Positions 56,968-64,000 of a stretch of DNA of 64,000 nt are shown here, piece by piece. This DNA is from Dehalococcoidia bacterium (lineage in GTDB: Bacteria; Chloroflexota; Dehalococcoidia; Lucifugimonadales; GCA-2712585): assembly GCA_965226535.1 (NCBI GenBank), contig CBDDDE010000010.1, positions 1,145,549 through 1,209,548 of the forward strand. The letters run 5' to 3'. Below the pieces are notes generated by a model that was given only the letters and a program-made list of their open reading frames with translations, was not told the origin of the DNA and did no database searches. A program made the translations under genes and the position numbers. Every line of letters starts with the position of its first letter. Position 1 is the first letter of the stretch.

Positions 56968-59900
56968 CTAATCAGTTGACGCCTGGTAGGGCATGACCTG
57001 GGCCGATATCAGGTGCGAGTAGAGGCCACCCTTGGCCATAAGCTCCTCATGGGTCCCTTCCTCAACCAGCCTACCCTCCTCTAGGACTAGAATCTTATCG
57101 GCGTCGCGGACGGTGGAGAGCCGGTGGGCAATGACCAAGGTAGTGCGACCCTTCATGAGCCGGGCCAAGGCTTGACGAACCAGCCGCTCGTTAACGGCGT
57201 CCAAGTGCGAGGTAGCCTCGTCCAGTACCAGCACAGGCGCCCCCTTCAGGACCGCTCTGGCAATGGCGATGCGCTGCCGCTGACCGCCTGAGAGTTGAAC
57301 ACCCCGTTCCCCTACGTGGGTATCGTACTTATCGGGCATGGCCGAGATAAACTCGTCCGCGTTGGCCTCCTTGGCTGCCGAGATTATCTCTTCGTCCGTT
57401 GCGTTGGGTCTTGCCACCTTCAGATTTTCCTTGATGGTGGTGTTGAAAAGGTAAGTGTCCTGGGAGACCAGAGCGATGGAGTGTCGAAGCTCGTCGAGCT
57501 CAAACTCCTTGAGGTCGTGTTGGTCCAGATTGATGATTCCCTCTGTGGGATCCCAGAATCTAAGGAGCAGGTGCGCCGAGGTGGTTTTCCCCGCCCCGGA
57601 GCGACCCACCAAAGCCACAGTTTGGCCGGGTTTCATGGAGAACTTGACCCCATTCAGCGCTTGGGGCAAGCCTGCGCCATAGGTAAAGTCTACTTGTTGG
57701 AAGTCTATGGCAGAACCGGCTGACTCGTCGTGGCTCAGGTGTACACCGCGGCCATCCTGCACGGGAACCGGCTCGTCGTGGACGGCGAAGATTCGTCGAG
57801 AGCTTCCAAGGGTGTCCGCAAGCTGCTTACCCACTTGGGCAACTTCCGATACGGGAATGAAGGAAGCCAGGGCAATAAGGCTTATGAGGGGGAGCAGGTT
57901 GTCGGTAAGGTTGCCTTGTGTGGCGAAGTAGGCACCGGCGCCAAGGACGGAGATACCTCCCAAACCGATACAGGTCTCTATGGCAACTTTTTGCAGAGTG
58001 AGATGTTTGAAAAACTGTATGCGGTATGCGGCAAACTTTCGCTGGTTCTCCGCAACTTCACCCAACCGCATCTCCTCATGGCCAAAGGCTACAATTTCTC
58101 TCATCCCCTGAACGCTGTCTACCATGTGGGCGTTAATTTCGCCAAGCTGCTGCCGCGACTGGGAGGCTACTCTGTCCAGTGTCTTGTTAGCATAGAAGGG
58201 AGTCAGCGCCACCAGAACAAGGAAGGGGAGAAGAATTAAGGCCAAGGGCCACTGGAAAATAGCTAGAGCAACGAGCACCGCGCCCGGTATGATCACAGCT
58301 ACAAAAGCGGGGGCTATGGTGTGGGCAAAAAAGTATTCCACAGTCTCAATGTCGCTGGTCACAAGGCCCACAATGTCGCCGGAGCGTCGCTTCACCAGAT
58401 AAGCTGGAGACAAGGGGTCCAGCTTGTTGTACATGTCTATGCGCATCTCGGCCAGGAGGCGGAAGGCCATGTCGTGGGCGACCCAAGACTCGCCCCAATG
58501 TAGCAAAGGTGTCAGAACGGCCATAACCCCAAGGGCTATGAGAAGGCCGGTAAAATCTCCACCTTGGGCCACCTGGCGCACTATGAGCGCTCCGGAAACT
58601 CCAATGCCAATGAGGACAAAGACCCTGAGTATCCCCAGGATAAAGGTAGCTGTAAGCTCAACACGCCACGGTTTCACCAGGGCCAGCAGTCTTGCAAAAA
58701 CCCGGATCGAGCTCATGTGCTCCGCTGTTGCGCTGATTATGCTGGGCTCGGCGAGATATTCTTGGGCTGACGAAGCTGCCGGTTGCTCCCCAGCGCTTGT
58801 GCCGTTCTCCGGGGAGGCATATTCAGTGGGCAGGAGAGGGGAAATTTCAACGGCCTCCGTTTCCATCTGCGCCACCATCAGGGAGTTGTACACGCCGCCC
58901 TGCTTCACGAGCCGGCTATGAACACCTTCCTCCACCAGCCGACCCTCATCCAAGACGAGTATCCTGTCGGCGGAAATGACGCTGGAGAGTCTGTGGGCAA
59001 TGACCAGGGTGGTCCGGCCCTTCATCAGTCGGTTCAGGGCCTCTTGAATGATGGATTCGTTCTCCGTATCCACGTTGGAGAGGGCTTCATCCAATAGAAG
59101 GATGGGGGCATCTTTAAGAAGTGCTCGCGCTATGGCAATACGCTGCCTTTGGCCTCCGGACAGGCGTATGCCGCGCTCTCCAATAACGGTATCGTAGCCG
59201 TTGGGTAGGGCGGTGATGAAGCGGTGGGCGTTGGCAATTTTAGCGGCTTCTTGCATCTCCTCCAGACTGGCGTTGGCGTTCCCCAAGCGGAGGTTTTGAG
59301 CCACCGTGCCATGGAAGAGATAGGTGTCCTGGGCAACAACGGCAAGGTGACTTCGCAGGGTGGAAAGGGGGAGAGTGCGGATGTCTTGTCCACCCAGCAG
59401 GATTCTTCCCTGGGAAGGGTCAAAGAACCGCAGTCCAAGCCAGACCAGGGTGCTCTTTCCCGCGCCGCTGCGACCCACAACAGCCAGTGTTTCACCGGCG
59501 CGCAACTCAAAGGAGAGGTCGGTCAATGCCTCTGCGCGCCCGGCGGGATATGCAAAGGTAACGTTTTCAAATGTCAGGGTTGGCTTCAGCTCTGGGGCGG
59601 AGTCGGATGGAGACGTGGGTTTTACGTCTTCAACCTGGGGTTTGGAGTCCATCAAGTCGAAGACGGCCGTGGCTGCGGACATTCCCAACATGCCCTTGTG
59701 ATAAAGCATTGTCAACTCCCGCAGAGGGCGGAAGACCTCAACGCCCAGCATCAAGACAACCAGCAGGGTGGAAAGGCCAAGCGAGCCGTTGTCCACTCTA
59801 ATGGCGCCCCAGCCAAGGGCCACGGCGGCGCCGGCGGTGATGCCAAACCAGGTAACCCCGGTGGTGCCCACGTTCATGAGCAAGATTCTCATGGTCTTGT

Positions 59901-60588
59901 GATAGACTTCCCGCGCCTTGGTTGCCAGCAGTTGTCCTCGAGCTTGGCTTTGGCCGAAGGCTTTGAGGGTTGCCAATCCCTGTACGCTGTCCAGGAATTC
60001 CGCGCTGAGGTCTCCGTACACCTCGCGGCGTTTCATGCTGCTGACGGCGTTCCAATGGTGAAAAACTAGTGGCGCAACCAAGGTGAATAGGGCGAACCCC
60101 AAGTATATGGCGGCGGTGGGTACGTCAAGAAATGCCATGAAGATGAAGATGCCTATGGGCGTAAGGGCGGCGACGGCCATCTGCGGTATGTACTCACCAT
60201 AATAAGTCTCCAGCTGGTCCACTCCCTCGACCAGTGAAACCAGAACATCCCCCGCGCGTTTTTGGTCCAGGGTTCCGGGGCCTAGCACCAGAGCGCGTTG
60301 GTAAAGCTCCCTTCGCATCTTGGCCTGTACCCTCACGGCGGCGAGATGGCCAGTTATTTCCTTCATGTACTGGAAGAAGCCGCGAAGTATGGCTGAAACA
60401 ACCACCGCCGCAATCGCAAAGATAATCTCGTCGGCGGGTTTGCCCTGAATGACAAGGGCAATGGCATACCCGGAAAAGGCGAGGCGACTGACGCCCGTTG
60501 CCGCCGTAATCAGTCCAAAGAAGAGGGCAAGGACCAGTCTGAGCCGCACCCCGTCGGTAAACTTGAAGAGACGTTTGTTAAAAAACAT
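56968..60588 (-). CDS. fused ABC exporter with two TMD-NBD halves (CydDC-like/MDR-type)
   Basis: Two Walker A sites (GRSGAGKST, GRSGAGKTT) and two signature motifs (LSGGQRQRIAIARA twice). Each NBD is preceded by six-helix regions. Start trimmed to the ATG at 60588. Confidence 0.9.
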   Translation of the reverse strand: MFFNKRLFKFTDGVRLRLVLALFFGLITAATGVSRLAFSGYAIALVIQGKPADEIIFAIAAVVVSAILRGFFQYMKEITGHLAAVRVQAKMRRELYQRALVLGPGTLDQKRAGDVLVSLVEGVDQLETYYGEYIPQMAVAALTPIGIFIFMAFLDVPTAAIYLGFALFTLVAPLVFHHWNAVSSMKRREVYGDLSAEFLDSVQGLATLKAFGQSQARGQLLATKAREVYHKTMRILLMNVGTTGVTWFGITAGAAVALGWGAIRVDNGSLGLSTLLVVLMLGVEVFRPLRELTMLYHKGMLGMSAATAVFDLMDSKPQVEDVKPTSPSDSAPELKPTLTFENVTFAYPAGRAEALTDLSFELRAGETLAVVGRSGAGKSTLVWLGLRFFDPSQGRILLGGQDIRTLPLSTLRSHLAVVAQDTYLFHGTVAQNLRLGNANASLEEMQEAAKIANAHRFITALPNGYDTVIGERGIRLSGGQRQRIAIARALLKDAPILLLDEALSNVDTENESIIQEALNRLMKGRTTLVIAHRLSSVISADRILVLDEGRLVEEGVHSRLVKQGGVYNSLMVAQMETEAVEISPLLPTEYASPENGTSAGEQPAASSAQEYLAEPSIISATAEHMSSIRVFARLLALVKPWRVELTATFILGILRVFVLIGIGVSGALIVRQVAQGGDFTGLLIALGVMAVLTPLLHWGESWVAHDMAFRLLAEMRIDMYNKLDPLSPAYLVKRRSGDIVGLVTSDIETVEYFFAHTIAPAFVAVIIPGAVLVALAIFQWPLALILLPFLVLVALTPFYANKTLDRVASQSRQQLGEINAHMVDSVQGMREIVAFGHEEMRLGEVAENQRKFAAYRIQFFKHLTLQKVAIETCIGLGGISVLGAGAYFATQGNLTDNLLPLISLIALASFIPVSEVAQVGKQLADTLGSSRRIFAVHDEPVPVQDGRGVHLSHDESAGSAIDFQQVDFTYGAGLPQALNGVKFSMKPGQTVALVGRSGAGKTTSAHLLLRFWDPTEGIINLDQHDLKEFELDELRHSIALVSQDTYLFNTTIKENLKVARPNATDEEIISAAKEANADEFISAMPDKYDTHVGERGVQLSGGQRQRIAIARAVLKGAPVLVLDEATSHLDAVNERLVRQALARLMKGRTTLVIAHRLSTVRDADKILVLEEGRLVEEGTHEELMAKGGLYSHLISAQVMPYQASTD

Positions 60589-60749
60589 TTTGCCTTTGTC
60601 CCTAATGATGAGGCTACAATTGGGAATTCTACCCCTAGAGGCCATGTGAAGCAAGGTTGTATGAATTCGACGGCGCCCTGGCGTCAATATTCCCTTGGAG
60701 CGGCCCTCTGCTATAATCCTTCTGATCCCCAGCGTTTTAGGAGCAATGC

Positions 60750-61910
60750 ATGAAATTTGGCTTTTTTATGATGCCCCTGCATCACCCTAAAGAAAACCCC
60801 ACTCTGGCTTTTGAGAGGGACTTGGATTTTATTGAATACGTTGACCACCTGGGCTTTGACGAGTGCTTCATTGGTGAACATCACTCGGCGGGGTGGGAGA
60901 CCATCCCCGCGCCCGATATTTTTATCGCCATGGCCGCTGCCAAGAGCAAGAGGATTACCCTGGGCACCGGTGTAATTAACCTTCCCTACCATCACCCTTT
61001 CCACGTGGCCGAGAGGATGGCTTTTCTGGATCATCTCACCCGCGGCCGCCTGGTGTTGGGCGTTGGGCCGGGTGTGTTGGCCACCGACCTTATGCTTTTC
61101 GGCTTGTCAGTGGACCAGGTTCGTCCTATGTCCAACGAGTCTCTGGACATCATCATCAAGCTGCTAGAGTCTGATGGGCCCATTACTTACGAGGGTGAGT
61201 ATTGGCAGCTGCGAGACATGGAGCTGCAAGTAAAGTCGTACCAGCAGCCACGTTTGCCAATTGCAATGGCAAGTTCCGGCAGTGCCAACAGTCTTCGGCA
61301 AGCGGGGAGGTACGGCCTGCCTGTGTGGTCGCTGGTGAACTCCGCCATTGCCGGCTCCATTCCCCTTTCGCAGCAGTGGAGTGTGGTTGAGGAGGCGGCC
61401 AGGGAGACTGGGCGGAGTGTGGATAGAAAGGACTGGCGGCTGGTGCACTACGTCCACGTGGGGGAAAGCAAGGCAAAGGCTATGGAGGATATAAACGATG
61501 GAATTCTCCAAGCGGTTAGCTACAACTTTGGCAACGGGAGCCAGGGCCAGTTTCAGGACTATCCGGGCCAGCCTTTCGACGAAGTTACGGCGGAGCAGGT
61601 TGTGCGCAATAGGGGTTGGATAGTGGGGGACCCGGAGGAAGTAACCAGGCAGATTCGAGACCTGTTTGACGAAGCCGGTGGAGCCGGTGGTCTGCTTATT
61701 ACCATCAACGAATGGGCGTCTGTTGACAAGATGTACCGGAGCTTGGAGCTTTTCGCGCGGTACGTGATGCCCGCACTTCAGGGGACTAACGCCAGTATTC
61801 AGCGGGCTTGGGAGAAGACTCAGCGCTGGAACGAGGATGGCATCATTGCAGGTTATCGCCAAGGTATGAGATCAACCGACGGTACCGGTAAGGTGAGCCA
61901 AGGCGCCTGA
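60750..61910 (+). CDS. LLM-class (luciferase-like) flavin-dependent monooxygenase
   Basis: MKFGFFMMPLHHP...GFDECFIGEHHS...GRLVLGVGPG. Confidence 0.88.
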   Translation: MKFGFFMMPLHHPKENPTLAFERDLDFIEYVDHLGFDECFIGEHHSAGWETIPAPDIFIAMAAAKSKRITLGTGVINLPYHHPFHVAERMAFLDHLTRGRLVLGVGPGVLATDLMLFGLSVDQVRPMSNESLDIIIKLLESDGPITYEGEYWQLRDMELQVKSYQQPRLPIAMASSGSANSLRQAGRYGLPVWSLVNSAIAGSIPLSQQWSVVEEAARETGRSVDRKDWRLVHYVHVGESKAKAMEDINDGILQAVSYNFGNGSQGQFQDYPGQPFDEVTAEQVVRNRGWIVGDPEEVTRQIRDLFDEAGGAGGLLITINEWASVDKMYRSLELFARYVMPALQGTNASIQRAWEKTQRWNEDGIIAGYRQGMRSTDGTGKVSQGA

Positions 61911-61951
61911 GGGTTGCGGCTAGGGCATAGCAAAAAGGAGAAGGGAGTTTT

Positions 61952-62650
61952 TTGATGGCTGAATTGCCACTGATTTACACGGTTCGCTTGGACATGCAGG
62001 AAGACGTGGAAGAGGAGTCCAACCGCTGGAACAACACCAAGCACATCTCGGACCTGCTGGGGTCCGGTTTTCTTAGCGCCGTCCGGTTCCGCTCACTGCG
62101 TGGTGAACCCAAATATCTCCACCTATACGAGCTTCCCAGCTTGGAGCTGCTGAGCACAGAGGGTTACGCTAACGTTAGAAAATATGACACGTGGGGTCCG
62201 AAGCTGAGCCACGGCTTTGCCAACCATTCGGCCTCTATTTACAACCAGGTGCTTGCCGTTAACGTGGCGGAGACCCCTCGTACTTTCACCGAGCCGCGAG
62301 ACCCCGCCAAGTCCATGGGCGGGGTGCAAAGCCCGTACTTGGTGACGGTGCGCATGGACGTGCCCCAGGAGTCTGCCGACGAGCTTGTGAAGTGGCACGA
62401 GGAGGAGCACATTCCCATGCTGCTGGAAATACCGGGGTTCACCAGCGCGAGGCTCTGCCGCAAGGCCGGCCCGCACCCGCGAACCCCGTCGATGGACCCT
62501 GAATGGGTCTCCATCTACGAAGTTTCCGACGCCGACGCTGTCAAAAACCCCGGCGTAAATGAGGCCAACAACACGGATTGGGCCCAGAGCGTTCATGCCG
62601 TGACCACGGATGTTAGGTTGGGCTTCCTGGAACGGGTGCATCCCACCTAA
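61952..62650 (+). CDS. hypothetical protein with two tandem ~100-aa dimeric alpha/beta-barrel-like repeats
   Basis: Internal repeat: LIYTVRLDMQEDVEEESNRWNNTKHISDLLGSGFLSAVRFRS...LHLYEL versus YLVTVRMDVPQESADELVKWHEEEHIPMLLEIPGFTSARLCR...VSIYEV. Confidence 0.5.
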   Translation: MMAELPLIYTVRLDMQEDVEEESNRWNNTKHISDLLGSGFLSAVRFRSLRGEPKYLHLYELPSLELLSTEGYANVRKYDTWGPKLSHGFANHSASIYNQVLAVNVAETPRTFTEPRDPAKSMGGVQSPYLVTVRMDVPQESADELVKWHEEEHIPMLLEIPGFTSARLCRKAGPHPRTPSMDPEWVSIYEVSDADAVKNPGVNEANNTDWAQSVHAVTTDVRLGFLERVHPT

Positions 62651-62698
62651 GGGGGATGATTGACAATAAGACAACCCAGGGATAGGCATTGAAATATG

Positions 62699-62731
62699 AA
62701 GAGGGGCGGAGTTTGAAACTCCGCCCCTCTT
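62699..62731. terminator. bidirectional terminator hairpin between convergent genes
   Basis: aagaggggcggagtt-tga-aactccgcccctctt forms a perfect 15-bp stem. Confidence 0.6.
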
Positions 62732-62758
62732 GGTGTGTTATGGCTTGTGGTTGGAGAG

Positions 62759-64000
62759 CTAGTCCTTATCGTTGAGGACTTTCTCCAGGGAGGCCAGTAA
62801 GTCGTCAATGGTGTCGTTGGTCATGGGGGCGGAGACGGTGAGTTCCTGGAGCTCCCGTGCGTAATGTCCCTCCAGGAACATGCCCAGCTTCAGGCGGTTG
62901 CGCATATCCCGGTCAATGTTCAGGATGTCGCGGTAGTTGCGCACGGGGTCGGGGGTGAGGTGAGCGCTCATGATGTTCTCGGTGGCGACGATACGGGCGG
63001 GGACGTTGGATCGAGCGAAGACGTCTTCGAGTCCCACATGCAGTCTGTCGCCCAGCTGCTTTAAGTGGACGTAGACCTCCGGGGTAGCCCCTTCCATGTG
63101 GGCGAGTCCGGCGGCGAGAGTCATGGGGTTGGCCGAGTAGGTGCCGCCGGAGCTGATGCCGGTGGCGCCCTTGGTATTGTCCATCATGTCCATGATGTGG
63201 GCCTTCCCGCCAAAGGCGCCGACGGGCATTCCGCCGCCGACCAGCTTGCCCAGGGTGGTGAGGTCCGGGTCCACTCCCGCCAACTCCTGGTAGCCGCCGT
63301 AGGAGACTCTAAGGCTTTTCACCTCGTCCATGATGAAGAGGATGCCGAGCTCTTTGCACCTGTTGGCGACGAATCGGAGGAATTCGTGGGGTATTTCGTA
63401 GTTGCCGGACTTGGGGTCATATATGACGGCGGCAACGTCGTCCTTGTTTTCGCTGAGGATTAGGTCCACGGCCTCGGAGTCGTTGTAGGGTAGGACAACA
63501 ATGTTGTCGATGATGCCCTGGTTGATGCCCTTGTATTGGGCGACGGCGTTGGGGGCCTCGTCGGAGCCGGCCTCGTCAATGGGTGGTGAGATACTGACTT
63601 CGGCGTCGTCGCTGGTGCCATGGAAGCCGCCTTCAAACTTGGCAATCTTGGGTTTGCCGGTGTAAGCGCGGGCAAGTCGAAGGGTGTTCATTACCGCTTC
63701 TGTACCAGAGTTGGTGAACCGGACCTTTTCGATGGAGGGGATACGCTTGCAGAGATGCTCGGCGATGGGCTTTTCAAAGCTGTTGGGGGCGCCAAAGACA
63801 ATGCCGTTGTGAACCATCTTGTCCAAAGCGTCAACCACGCCCTTGGGGCTGTGTCCCAGCACCAGGGTGCAGGCGTTGTTTATCCAGTCTACGTACCTAA
63901 AGCCGTCTATGTCCCACATGTAGCAGTCTTCGGCGCGTTCGATGTAAAGGGGCGGCGAGTAGCCGAGGCTCTTCATGCCGCCTCCGGGCATGACGTCCCT
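62759..64000 (-). CDS. class III PLP aminotransferase (glutamate-1-semialdehyde aminomutase-like); the 5' end probably lies beyond the right window edge
   Basis: ...PGGGMKSL...YMWDIDGFRYVDWINNACTLVLGHSP..., FIMDEVKSLR (PLP lysine context). The frame is still open at 64000. Confidence 0.85.
   Translation of the reverse strand, partial: RDVMPGGGMKSLGYSPPLYIERAEDCYMWDIDGFRYVDWINNACTLVLGHSPKGVVDALDKMVHNGIVFGAPNSFEKPIAEHLCKRIPSIEKVRFTNSGTEAVMNTLRLARAYTGKPKIAKFEGGFHGTSDDAEVSISPPIDEAGSDEAPNAVAQYKGINQGIIDNIVVLPYNDSEAVDLILSENKDDVAAVIYDPKSGNYEIPHEFLRFVANRCKELGILFIMDEVKSLRVSYGGYQELAGVDPDLTTLGKLVGGGMPVGAFGGKAHIMDMMDNTKGATGISSGGTYSANPMTLAAGLAHMEGATPEVYVHLKQLGDRLHVGLEDVFARSNVPARIVATENIMSAHLTPDPVRNYRDILNIDRDMRNRLKLGMFLEGHYARELQELTVSAPMTNDTIDDLLASLEKVLNDKD

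Noticed and set aside
59224-60069. 281-aa plus-strand ORF (as well as 11530..12243, 14594..15241, 19061..19648, 35478..36200, 41303..42013, 61164..61862 and 62123..62689)
   Set aside because: All are long antisense frames inside well-supported genes on the other strand, and none carries a recognisable domain signature.

Overview
Chromosomal segment of a moderately GC-rich bacterium, densely packed with about 55 protein-coding genes on both strands. I recognised no rRNA, tRNA, CRISPR array, or intact transposase or integrase. The left ~11 kb is housekeeping: dnaG (partial), cmk, plsC, holB, lysA, an M16 peptidase, and a solitary DNA methyltransferase fused to an Mrr-like nuclease domain. The remainder is a catabolic patchwork with striking paralogy. 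It holds family III (CaiB/BaiF) CoA-transferase domains in four proteins (one is a tandem fusion), two Ldh2-type dehydrogenases, two NHL beta-propeller proteins, two LLM flavin oxidoreductases and two amidohydrolase-2 enzymes. It also holds two family-5 solute-binding proteins (one decayed), an amidase with a GatC-like partner, pxpABC, lhgO and aminotransferases. This gene content resembles marine Chloroflexota (SAR202-like) genomes, but that attribution is inference only.

Most interesting observations:
1. A Na+-translocating decarboxylase beta subunit, a gamma-like subunit and a biotin carrier lack any canonical carboxyltransferase. They are divergently paired with PxpA/PxpB/PxpC, and PxpB/C are urea-carboxylase-type carboxyltransferase folds. 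PxpC carries a C-terminal extension that resembles the biotin carrier N-terminus.
2. An ~800-aa tandem-fused CaiB-type protein appears to have the nucleophilic Asp position substituted in both halves.
3. A 3-kb scar zone (48.2-51.5 kb) holds three copies of the amidase/CMD gene junction, remnants of an SMC-like ATPase, another disrupted gene and a PIN toxin remnant.
4. Immediately after it lies a promoter, sORF, 16-bp stem and terminator leader upstream of an alpha/beta hydrolase gene.

All family calls come from reading motifs in the translated ORFs. No database search was possible.
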